NCBI GenBank assembly: GCA_963798845.1
Contig: CAWCUS010000006.1
Location: 832,001 to 896,000, forward strand
Origin: an uncultured Gemmatimonadales bacterium
Lineage (GTDB): Bacteria > Gemmatimonadota > Gemmatimonadetes > Longimicrobiales > RSA9
DNA: 64,000 nt
Direction: 5' to 3'
Shown here: positions 19,785 to 28,280 of the stretch, in pieces
Position numbering within the stretch: position 1 is the first letter of the stretch
Layout: each line of letters opens with the position of its first letter
Position numbers and translations under genes: made by a program
Notes under the pieces: generated by a model
The model's database searches: none
What the model was told of the DNA's origin: nothing
What the model saw: only the letters and a program-made list of their open reading frames with translations

Positions 19785-20482
19785 AGCGCGCACATCTCTC
19801 CCCCTGGACTCTGCTTCTGGGTCTGGCACTGGCTGTCCCGCAGGGCGTTTCGGCCGTTCCACTCTGGAGCAGCGGCAACATCTGCGCTGGCGCCTCGCTC
19901 ACGACGTGCGTGGGCTTCAGCGTCGAGGAGGTAAGCAGCGGGGTCTACTCGTTCTTGGCGACCTACGTGTCGTCGGCCGCGAGCGACCCCGGCGTGGTCA
20001 CGGCGGCCGGGCTCGTGTTCAACGGCCACGACAGCCCGTTCACGTTCACGCCTCTGTCGGACCTCGACGGCCCGAGCGGCTGGTATCTTTACCCGCCTTC
20101 GGTGGACGGCAACTGCAATGACCTCCACACCTCGGGCCCCTCGACCATCCTGGCGTCGGCCTGCACCAGTGGCGTGCAGAACGGGTTTGGCCCGACGGGC
20201 TACGTCGCGTTCCGGTTCGCGTACAGTGGTGGCAACACCAGCCTCGTGGACGCTCTGAGCGGCGAGGACCCGGCGATCGGCGCGCGCGTTCACATCCAGA
20301 GCTTCGGCAGCTGTTCGCTGAAGATGGGGACGGACGTCCTGCCGAGTGATGCGGATGTGGACGGTTGTGGCAACGGCAGCGAAGTCGTCCCGGAGCCCGC
20401 GACCCTGCTTCTCCTGGGCACCGGGCTGTTCGGGCTCGGTCTCGTCGGGTACCGTCGCCGTCGTTCCGGCGGAGAATCCTGA
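19781..20482 (+). CDS. PEP-CTERM sorting-domain protein 2
   Basis: Signal peptide MKRAHLSPWTLLLGLALAVPQGVSA; C-terminus VPEPATLLLLGTGLFGLGLVGYRRRR. Confidence 0.93.
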   Translation: MKRAHLSPWTLLLGLALAVPQGVSAVPLWSSGNICAGASLTTCVGFSVEEVSSGVYSFLATYVSSAASDPGVVTAAGLVFNGHDSPFTFTPLSDLDGPSGWYLYPPSVDGNCNDLHTSGPSTILASACTSGVQNGFGPTGYVAFRFAYSGGNTSLVDALSGEDPAIGARVHIQSFGSCSLKMGTDVLPSDADVDGCGNGSEVVPEPATLLLLGTGLFGLGLVGYRRRRSGGES

Positions 20483-20526
20483 CGCTGCGTTGAAGCAGCA
20501 GGAACGAACGCTCTTCCTCGGAGCAG

Positions 20527-20568
20527 AAGGGCGGCCGTGCCGATCCGGCGATCGGCACGGCCGCCCTT
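20527..20568. terminator. 19-bp perfect hairpin between convergent genes (probable bidirectional terminator)
   Basis: aagggcggccgtgccgatc-cggc-gatcggcacggccgccctt. Confidence 0.7.
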
Positions 20569-20622
20569 GTCTGTCACGAACTGGCCGGGCATGCGCCGCC
20601 GGCATGGCAGGCGGAGCGGGTC

Positions 20623-21759
20623 TCAGGCCCGCGGCAGGGGCACGCTGAAGTAGAAGCGAGTGCCTTCGCCCGGCTGGCTGTCGACCTGGAGCTGCCCGCC
20701 CATGAGGTCGACCATCCGGCGGCAGATGGAGAGGCCGAGCCCGGATTCCGAGAAGTGGTAGCCGGTCGCGCTGCGGCTGCGGGTGAACATCTCGTTGAGG
20801 GAGATCAGCTGTTGCTCGCTGATCCCGGGTCCCGTATCGCGGACGGAGAACTCCACGCGTTCGCCGGGCAGCTCACCCACGACGATCTCGACGCGTCCGG
20901 TCTCGGTGAACTTGATGGCGTTCGACGTGAGATTGAGGAGGACGCGGGTGAGCGGTACGGGCTTGCCGATGCGCAGGTCCTGGCGCGGGGTGAAGAACGA
21001 GATCCCGAGCCGCTTCTGCTCGGCCATGGGTGCGACGATGTCGCGGACGCTTTCGACGAGCGTCTGAAGGGAGAAGGACTCCTCGGGCAGGCTTCGCCAG
21101 CCATCTTCTGCTCGACTGGTGGCCAGGTCCATGAGGTCGTTGGCTACACCCACCATGCTGAGCGCCGCGCTGTAGACGATTCCGAGCTGCTGGCGCTGCA
21201 GGTCGCTGATCTCGCCGCTCTGGCCCTTCCGCAGCGTCTCCGCCAGGAACATGATCGACGTGAGCGGTGAGCGGAGGTCGTGGGCGAACTCGACCACGAG
21301 ATCGAGAGCGTTGGCGCCGGTAAGGAGGAAGGCCAGGTTCTGTCGGTTGTCCGGATAGACGGCCGAGCGGAACGCGTCCAGCCGCCGCAGCACGTCGAGC
21401 ACCTGCTCCGGCTCGAGGCCGCGTGAATCCCTCAGCATGCTCTGAGAAAGGAGCTCCTGCATGCGCAGCGCGAGGCCGATCTCCCCGCCCGACTTTCCGG
21501 GCCGTTCGACCCGGGGCGCAGCCACGCCGAAGACGAACGAGAGCAGCTCCTCCATGTTGGCAGCGGCCTCATCTCCACCGAGGGCGTGCCGCCGCCACGC
21601 CTCCGGCTCGGAAAGGACGGCTTCCGCGGCAGCGCGCACGGCGCACACCACGGCGTCGGGCGGCGCTTCACGCGCGCTCGAAAAGAAAGTCCTGGTGCGC
21701 TCGGCGCCTCCTTTGTGCGCGCGCGGCTCAGCCATGGGAAGTCCGGTTCGATCCGTCAC
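20623..21759 (-). CDS. Soluble sensor histidine kinase (HisKA + HATPase)
   Basis: AHDLRSPL, NLTSNAIKFT, DTGPGI, SGLGL; no TM segment; GTGA overlap with the upstream gene. Confidence 0.9.
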   Translation of the reverse strand: MTDRTGLPMAEPRAHKGGAERTRTFFSSAREAPPDAVVCAVRAAAEAVLSEPEAWRRHALGGDEAAANMEELLSFVFGVAAPRVERPGKSGGEIGLALRMQELLSQSMLRDSRGLEPEQVLDVLRRLDAFRSAVYPDNRQNLAFLLTGANALDLVVEFAHDLRSPLTSIMFLAETLRKGQSGEISDLQRQQLGIVYSAALSMVGVANDLMDLATSRAEDGWRSLPEESFSLQTLVESVRDIVAPMAEQKRLGISFFTPRQDLRIGKPVPLTRVLLNLTSNAIKFTETGRVEIVVGELPGERVEFSVRDTGPGISEQQLISLNEMFTRSRSATGYHFSESGLGLSICRRMVDLMGGQLQVDSQPGEGTRFYFSVPLPRA

Positions 21760-23249
21760 TTCGACCTGAGAATGCTGTCCCGTTGAAGGTCGTGCTTGTC
21801 GATCAGCCGGTAAAGGGTGGTACGGTCCACGCCCGCCAGGCGCGCGGCCTTCGACATGTTCCCATCGGCGCGCGTAACGAGGGAGCTCAGGTACGACCGC
21901 TCGAACTCCGAAAGCAGCGCCTCCCTGGCTTCGTGATACGATCGGCCGTGGAGGCTCTCGAGGAGCGTCGCGAGCGAGTTGTCGGTCTCGAGCTCGAGCG
22001 CCGCTTCGTGCATGAACGGAATGGCCGAAGCCTCAATGGCCTCTCTCTCCTCCACCAGCACGACGCAGTGCTCGATGACGTTCTGCAGCTCCCGCACGTT
22101 GCCGGGCCACGGATAGTCGCGCAGCGCGCGAATCGCTCCCTCGGTGAAGTGGGGCGGCTCGGCCTCCGGGTGGTCCCGGGTCCAGTATTGCAGGAGGAAA
22201 TGCGTGGCCAGCTCCGCGATGTCGTCGGTGCGCTCCCGCAGCGGCGGCACGTGGATGGGCACGACGCGGAGCCGGTAGTAGAGGTCGGAGCGGAGCTCGC
22301 CGTCCCGGACCGCCTGCTTCGGATCCCGGTTCGTGGCCGCGATGATCCGCACGTCCACGTGGGCGTCCGGGGTGGTGCTCCCCACGCGCCGCACGACCCC
22401 GTCCTGGATCACGCGGAGCAGCTTCGCCTGGATCGCGACCGACATCTCGGTCAGCTCGTCCAGGAAGAGCGTCCCGCCGTCGGCGATCTCGAAGAGTCCT
22501 TCCTTTTCCCGCACCGCTCCCGTGAAGGCTCCCTTCACGTGCCCGAACATCTCCGACTCCAGAAGGGGCTCCGGAAGCGCAGCACAGTTCACGGCCACGA
22601 GCGGCTTGGACGCCCTGCGGCTCCGGTGGTGGATGAAGTTGGCGATCAGCTCCTTGCCGCTGCCACTCTCTCCCGTGATGAAGACCGACGCGTTGCTCCG
22701 GGCCACCTTGCGGGCGAGATCGAGGACCGCCCGGATCGCCGCGGACGACCCGATCACGTCGTCGCCGTCATCACCATCGGCCGCCCGGCCATCATCCCGC
22801 ACCTGCGCCTGCTGCTCCATGCGCTGAGCGCGCACCGCGTGCGCCGCCCGGCCGATCAGGACCTCCACGTGCGAGGCCGAAAACGGCTTCGGCAGGTAGT
22901 CCCAGGCACCCGCACCCAGGACCTCGAGATTGGATTCCACGCTCGGGTTCCCGGTCATCATGATGACGACGGTGCCCGGCCGGTGCTCGACCGCCGCCCG
23001 CAGCAGATCGATTCCCGGCACCCCGGTCATGTACAGGTCGAGCAGCATGATGTCGAAGTCGCGCCTGCGGATGGTGTCGAGGGCGTTGTCGCCGCGGGCT
23101 TCCGCGGAAACGTTGTAGCCCTGCATTCGAAGCACGTTCACACAGGTGTCGCGCAACGTCGCCTCGTCGTCCACGACCAGGATCCGGATCGAGTCTCGGT
23201 CCTCGTGCGTGAGCGGCGAGAAGCTCGGAGCTGCGGCAGGTGTCGACAT
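21756..23249 (-). CDS. sigma54-dependent response regulator (NtrC/PrsR-like: REC-AAA+-HTH)
   Basis: VVDDE, GESGSGKE, ESEMFGHVKGAFTGA, LFLDE, WPGNVREL, Fis-type HTH. Confidence 0.95.
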   Translation of the reverse strand: MSTPAAAPSFSPLTHEDRDSIRILVVDDEATLRDTCVNVLRMQGYNVSAEARGDNALDTIRRRDFDIMLLDLYMTGVPGIDLLRAAVEHRPGTVVIMMTGNPSVESNLEVLGAGAWDYLPKPFSASHVEVLIGRAAHAVRAQRMEQQAQVRDDGRAADGDDGDDVIGSSAAIRAVLDLARKVARSNASVFITGESGSGKELIANFIHHRSRRASKPLVAVNCAALPEPLLESEMFGHVKGAFTGAVREKEGLFEIADGGTLFLDELTEMSVAIQAKLLRVIQDGVVRRVGSTTPDAHVDVRIIAATNRDPKQAVRDGELRSDLYYRLRVVPIHVPPLRERTDDIAELATHFLLQYWTRDHPEAEPPHFTEGAIRALRDYPWPGNVRELQNVIEHCVVLVEEREAIEASAIPFMHEAALELETDNSLATLLESLHGRSYHEAREALLSEFERSYLSSLVTRADGNMSKAARLAGVDRTTLYRLIDKHDLQRDSILRSK

Positions 23250-23351
23250 ATGACCGGGTTGAAGGACGTGGGCGCCTGCGGCAAGGGCCGCTCTACACGG
23301 CGCCACGGGGGGCGGCGACAGGAGCCGCTCCCGCCGCCGGAAGGCGATTCA

Positions 23352-23380
23352 GAGATACAATAAACGCCCGTAAAGGTCAA
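23352..23380 (-). promoter_or_regulatory. Possible sigma70 promoter of the activator/kinase operon
   Basis: Minus strand TTGACC-N17-TATCTC in an AT-rich patch. Confidence 0.35.
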
Positions 23381-23462
23381 CCGGAACGACGTAGGCGCGC
23401 ACGAAGATAGGGACCCTCGCGTGGGCAAGGGCTACGGGTGGAAGGCCCGTGGGAGGGCCTGC

Positions 23463-24320
23463 TCAGTTCAGCCGCGCCCCGGAATCGGAGCTCAGCACCT
23501 CGGCGGCCCGGCGAACGAACATGTCGGCGTCGAGGCTCGCCCGGTCGAAGTCGGAGAGGGCGAAGACGCCCGCTCGCGGGTGCCCGCGGAAGGCGCTCGC
23601 CGGCGAGTCCGCGGAGCGCCGCAGCCGCTCTGCGACCACCCGCGCGCCCTGCTCCGGAGTATCGGGGGCGAGGATGGCAAACTGGCGCGGTCCGATCTGC
23701 CCCAGGATGTCCGATCGCCGGGTCGAGCTGCGCAGCGCCCGGCCGATCTCACCCAGCAGCGCCCGGTTCTCCGGCGTATCGTCGGCCTCGCCGGTTTCGA
23801 GCACGATACACGCGATGGGCCGTCCGTACCGTGCCGCCGCGGCCGCCAGCTCCTGGGCACGCTGCAGCACTCCGACGCGGGTGTACAGCCCGGTATCGGG
23901 ATCCACCATGGTGGCGTCGTGAAACCGGTCGGATTCCAGCTTGGCCCGGACGTAGCGGTCGAGGCGGAGGACCAGCTCTTCGGCATCGACCGGAAGGGCG
24001 ATGAGATCCCACGCGCCCGCCCGCAGCACCTCCATCCGCTGCTCGTACCTCACCGGTCCCGAGCTCATGACAATGAACGCAGCAGCGGGCGAAACCGCCT
24101 CCGAGGCCGTCAGCGCGCGGCAGAGCTCGGCCCCCGTCATGTCGGGCAGGTTCTGCTCGATGAACACCGCGTCAGCTCCGGACGCCGCGGCACGCTCCAG
24201 CGCCTGCGCACCTGTGTACGCCCTGAGCACCGCGTATCCCCGGTGACCCAGCACTGTGTCCAGCGAGCGTGATGCCCACTCGTGCTCGCTGACGATGAGT
24301 ACGATAGGTGCTCTGGCCAA
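23463..24320 (-). CDS. Pseudo-receiver + degenerate GGDEF protein
   Basis: REC fold with E at the phospho-Asp position (FIEQNLP); DPDTGLY; RRSDILGQIGPRQF (RxxD intact, GGDEF lost). Confidence 0.8.
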   Translation of the reverse strand: MARAPIVLIVSEHEWASRSLDTVLGHRGYAVLRAYTGAQALERAAASGADAVFIEQNLPDMTGAELCRALTASEAVSPAAAFIVMSSGPVRYEQRMEVLRAGAWDLIALPVDAEELVLRLDRYVRAKLESDRFHDATMVDPDTGLYTRVGVLQRAQELAAAAARYGRPIACIVLETGEADDTPENRALLGEIGRALRSSTRRSDILGQIGPRQFAILAPDTPEQGARVVAERLRRSADSPASAFRGHPRAGVFALSDFDRASLDADMFVRRAAEVLSSDSGARLN

Positions 24321-24581
24321 AAGCGTTTCCCGGACGCTTCGCCCGACTGCGATCTCAGCAGGCGCGGTTTCTCATTGGAGCTGAATGCGTCGTATCCAGC
24401 ACGTTCTGTGCTATCAGCGCGCGACCGCGCAAACCACTGTCCTGAATATGTCCGGCTATGGTGGGCTGACGGCGTTGTCCCGGTCAAGTATCGCGGGCGC
24501 GCCGCAATAGTGTTGCAATTACACCACATCCGGTTTGTGCTTACAGTGGGCCAAACCCGAAGGCTGGCATACCTCGAACGG

Positions 24582-25403
24582 TCACTCCAATCCGCGGGCC
24601 GCTCGATCGAGCAGCTCGGCCCCGGTGGCCACTTCGTCGGCCCCTGCCACGGCGGCGCTGATCGTGGCGGCGGCCCCCCAGTCCTGAATGCGACGCTGGA
24701 GGTCCACGCGGATCCGTCTCAGCGAGGCCATGGCGGCTTCGCGGTCGGTGTCCGGGAGGAGTATGAAGAGGGGGCCGCGCTCGAAGACGCCGATCACGTC
24801 GGAGCCGCGGAGCAGCGGCTTCACGACATCGGCGAGGCGCTCGAGCAGGGGGGCGGGATCACCGATGGAGCGGTCCTGGCGCTCGAGGGAGAGAGTGATG
24901 CAGTGCAGGGGCCGACCGTATCGGCGGGCGAGTGCGTAGGTCTCTTCGGCGACGCGGGTGAGGCCTGCGCGCGAATGGCGGACGGCGGGCGGATCGGAGC
25001 CGGGGAGGTGCGCCTCCCGGCTGCGGAGCATGTTGCGGAGGCGGAGCACGAGGGCGGGACCATCGCCAGGGAGCTCGACGACATCCCAGGCGCCGGCGTG
25101 GAGCCAGGCGCCGTAGCGGTCCGGTGCCGGGCGTGCCCGTGCGGCGATGAAGATGGGGGTGGTGCCTGCCAGCTGGCCGTCGGCGAGCGCTCGCTGGAGC
25201 GAGGCCGGGTCCGACCCGTCGTCCAGAACGACTGCATCGGCTGAAGCGGCCGCGCGCCAGACGTCGGGGTCGTCGGGGCGACGTCGATCGACGCACAGCC
25301 GTGCCTCCGCCATCAGGCGTTCCACGGCGAGGGCGGCCGCGTCCGGCTCGAGCACGGCCAGCACGGTGAGGAGCGCAGCATCCGTGGTGGCATGATCCAT
25401 CAT
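24582..25403 (-). CDS. Second degenerate REC + degenerate GGDEF protein
   Basis: AGAWDVVELP..LVLRL, ARRYGRPL, RGSDVIGVFERGPLFILLPDT; paralog of the previous gene. Confidence 0.72.
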   Translation of the reverse strand: MMDHATTDAALLTVLAVLEPDAAALAVERLMAEARLCVDRRRPDDPDVWRAAASADAVVLDDGSDPASLQRALADGQLAGTTPIFIAARARPAPDRYGAWLHAGAWDVVELPGDGPALVLRLRNMLRSREAHLPGSDPPAVRHSRAGLTRVAEETYALARRYGRPLHCITLSLERQDRSIGDPAPLLERLADVVKPLLRGSDVIGVFERGPLFILLPDTDREAAMASLRRIRVDLQRRIQDWGAAATISAAVAGADEVATGAELLDRAARGLE

Positions 25404-25468
25404 GGAAGAATGATGATGTCCCGCGCGCAATTGCGCGAGGGTCGGGAGCGGCCACACCTTTCCCCATC

Positions 25469-26638
25469 ATGCTGCCCCCCGTCCATACACCGGTTCCCGC
25501 GCGCGCCCTGACCCGGGCCGCCGCCGCCGTGGTCGCGCGGCGCGACCCCCGGAACGCGCTGATCGCGCTGTTGAAGGAGCGCTACGCAGCGGATGCCGTG
25601 GTCCTGACCGCTTCGGGGACGCACGCGCTGCAGCTCGCGATCGGGATCGCGGTACGCGCGAGCGGCCGGGACGCCGTGGCGCTCCCGGCGTACAGCTGCT
25701 ACGACGTGGCCACGGCGGGCGCGGGTGCTGCGGCGCGACTGGAGTTCTACGACATCGAGGCGGACACGCTGGCCCCGGATCGACCATCGCTGCGGTCCGC
25801 AATCGAGCGCGGGGTGGCGGCGGTGGTGGTGGTTCATCCGTTCGGATTGCCCATGGACCTGGGTTGGCTTCAGCGGGAGCTCGAAGGGACCGGGGTGCGG
25901 GTGATCGAGGACGCGGCGCAGGCGCACGGTGGTTCCCAGGAGGGGCGTGTGCTCGGGTCCCTCGCGCCGGCGAGCGTGCTCAGCTTCGGTCGGGGCAAGG
26001 GGTGGACGGGGGGAAGCGGCGGAGCACTCCTGCTCCGTGGCGGAGAAGCGCGCGCCGTGGCGGCGGACCTCACCCTTGCCGGTCCTCCGGGTGGAGCCCC
26101 ACTCCTGGTGAAGCTCGCGGCGCAGAGCGCGCTGGGTCGGCCTGCGCTCTACGGGGTTCCGGCCGCACTACCCTGGCTGGGCCTGGGGGAGACGCACTAC
26201 GCCGCGCCGACCCGGCCCCGCGCCATGGCGCCGGCCGCGGCGGCCGCCGTGCTGGCGTCTGATCGAGCCTCGCTCCGGGCAGCGGCGGTCCGCCGGGATG
26301 TTGCCGTGATGCTGCGCGCCCGGCTCGGCACCGTCGAGGGGGTGTGGCTGCCCCCCGCTCCGGGGCCGCGAGGTGTCGCGGGCTACCTGCGGCTGCCGGT
26401 GCGTCGTCCGGGGGAGCGTGCGGAGGTCGCAGTGCAACGCCTGCGGCGTCTCGGCGTGCTGCCGAGCTATCCGGTGCCCCTTTCGCTGCTGCCGCAGGTC
26501 CAGGATCGGGTCGGCACGCACGCGCCGGCTCCGGGGGCCGAGACACTTGCGAGGGAGCTGTTTACCGCACCCGTGCACGGGTGGGTCGACACGAGGACGA
26601 TCGATAGGATCGCCGCGATGCTCGCCGGCCGGGCGTGA
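25469..26638 (+). CDS. DegT/DnrJ/EryC1/StrS family PLP aminotransferase
   Basis: SGTHAL, PAYSC, VIEDAAQAHG, SFGRGKGWTGGSGG. Confidence 0.82.
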   Translation: MLPPVHTPVPARALTRAAAAVVARRDPRNALIALLKERYAADAVVLTASGTHALQLAIGIAVRASGRDAVALPAYSCYDVATAGAGAAARLEFYDIEADTLAPDRPSLRSAIERGVAAVVVVHPFGLPMDLGWLQRELEGTGVRVIEDAAQAHGGSQEGRVLGSLAPASVLSFGRGKGWTGGSGGALLLRGGEARAVAADLTLAGPPGGAPLLVKLAAQSALGRPALYGVPAALPWLGLGETHYAAPTRPRAMAPAAAAAVLASDRASLRAAAVRRDVAVMLRARLGTVEGVWLPPAPGPRGVAGYLRLPVRRPGERAEVAVQRLRRLGVLPSYPVPLSLLPQVQDRVGTHAPAPGAETLARELFTAPVHGWVDTRTIDRIAAMLAGRA

Positions 26639-26687
26639 GAGGGGAGGTGTCTCACGTCCGGCCGGGGAGGAGCCGGGTGGCCGATTT

Positions 26688-28280
26688 CTAGTGGACCGTG
26701 ACGTCGGCCGTGCCGCGGGGCTTCAGGATCCACGTACCCGCGGGCAGGGCGGCGGGCACGAGCAGGCCGGTCACGGAGATGGTGGTCTTGATGATGACCG
26801 GCTGACCGTTCCCGCTTGCCGGCCAGCTCAGGTAGAAGGGCACGTCCCGGTCCAGAACGACGTTCAGAGGCCCCGATCCATCGTTGACCGTGAACACCTG
26901 GTCCATGTCAGCGGTGCGGGACGTGTCCTGGATCACCGCTCCCGCGACGCGGATCAGATCGGCGTCGAGCGTCCCCGCCTTGGCCGACGAGGCAGCGCCC
27001 GTGGTCAGCACCTGACTGGGCTGTGCGGGCTGCAGGCCCGCGCGCAGCAGGTTCGGGTACACGTCCCTCAGGACGGGCTGTCCGTACGCCACGTCGATTG
27101 TCCCCAGGAGTCCGACACTGTCACCGGTGGCGATCGGAGTCGCGGGCACCTTGAAGGCGCGTATGGCACCCGTGGCGTCCCGGATGTGGAGTGTCGAGTC
27201 GGCGAACGTGTTCCACGTGTTCAGTGCCACGCCCTTGACCTGGAGCCGCGTCCCCGGCGGCCGAGCCCTCGCCGCATTCACCGTCAGCAGCGGATAGGAC
27301 AGTGGCCCAACGACGACATCACTCGCGGAGCGCGGCTTGACCACCCAGGCGCCGGACCCCTGAGGAACGAGGATGCCGGTGATCTTCAGGATCGACCCGA
27401 GAATGCCGGAAGGGAAGAAGAGCCCGAAGTTGATGTGGCGGTCGAGCAGGACGCGCGCCTGGCCGCTGCCATCCTCCACGACGAACGTGATGTTGCCGAA
27501 GCTGTCGAGGATCGTGTCGCGCACGACGGCACTGTCAATGTGCACGAGATCCGCATCCAGGGTTCCGGCCTTTGCCACAGCCGCCTCGGCGGCCGTCACC
27601 GGAACCGGCTCCGGCGAGCGCACGCTGGGGCGCAGGATGACCGTTTGTACCTCCGTGAGCACCGGCTGCCCGGCGTCGGTGCCGACACGTCCGAGCAGAC
27701 GGATGCTGTCTCCGATGGCGACGCCTGCGGGCGGGACACGGACGGCGCGGATGGCCCCGGTGTTGTCCCGCAGATGTATGGTCGAGTCGGCGAACGTGCT
27801 CCAGCCGTTCAGGGCGATCCCTTCCACGAACACACGGGTCTCCGCCGGCTGCCGCCGGACCGAGTCGATGGGCAGGCTGGGGTAGGTGAAGCCGACGAGG
27901 AACCCGGTCGTGTCTCCGGCCGCGATCGTGACATTCGCCGAGTCGATGCGCAGCAGGCGGAGACTGTCCGGGATGGCGGAGTCGGTGACGCGGGCCAGGT
28001 AATCGCCCACGGGGACGGCATCGAAGACCACCTCGCCACCCGTGCCTGAGGAGCGCGTGAGCTGGAGGTTCCCGCCATGCCGCTGGGCCAGCTCGACCTC
28101 GACGTTCGACACCGGCAGGTCGGGCCCGTCCAGCTGACCATTGCCGTTCCGGTCCAGCCAGACCACTCCGAGCGCGGTCCCCTCCGCATCGATGCCCGGG
28201 ATCGACGACGGCGTCTGGTCGCACGCGACCAGGAGCGCGGAGGAAGCGAGTGCAAGCAGGAGCAGCAGGGTCGTTCTCAT
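26688..28280 (-). CDS. Lipoprotein with an SdrD-B-like domain and two ~200-aa OB-fold-like repeats
   Basis: Lipobox LLVA-C; GVVWLDRNGNG; duplicated TFADSTxHxRDxTGAIRA..GDS..GQPVL..AKAGTLDADL..DGSG..KPR; TGATG coupling to the receptor. Confidence 0.75.
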   Translation of the reverse strand: MRTTLLLLLALASSALLVACDQTPSSIPGIDAEGTALGVVWLDRNGNGQLDGPDLPVSNVEVELAQRHGGNLQLTRSSGTGGEVVFDAVPVGDYLARVTDSAIPDSLRLLRIDSANVTIAAGDTTGFLVGFTYPSLPIDSVRRQPAETRVFVEGIALNGWSTFADSTIHLRDNTGAIRAVRVPPAGVAIGDSIRLLGRVGTDAGQPVLTEVQTVILRPSVRSPEPVPVTAAEAAVAKAGTLDADLVHIDSAVVRDTILDSFGNITFVVEDGSGQARVLLDRHINFGLFFPSGILGSILKITGILVPQGSGAWVVKPRSASDVVVGPLSYPLLTVNAARARPPGTRLQVKGVALNTWNTFADSTLHIRDATGAIRAFKVPATPIATGDSVGLLGTIDVAYGQPVLRDVYPNLLRAGLQPAQPSQVLTTGAASSAKAGTLDADLIRVAGAVIQDTSRTADMDQVFTVNDGSGPLNVVLDRDVPFYLSWPASGNGQPVIIKTTISVTGLLVPAALPAGTWILKPRGTADVTVH

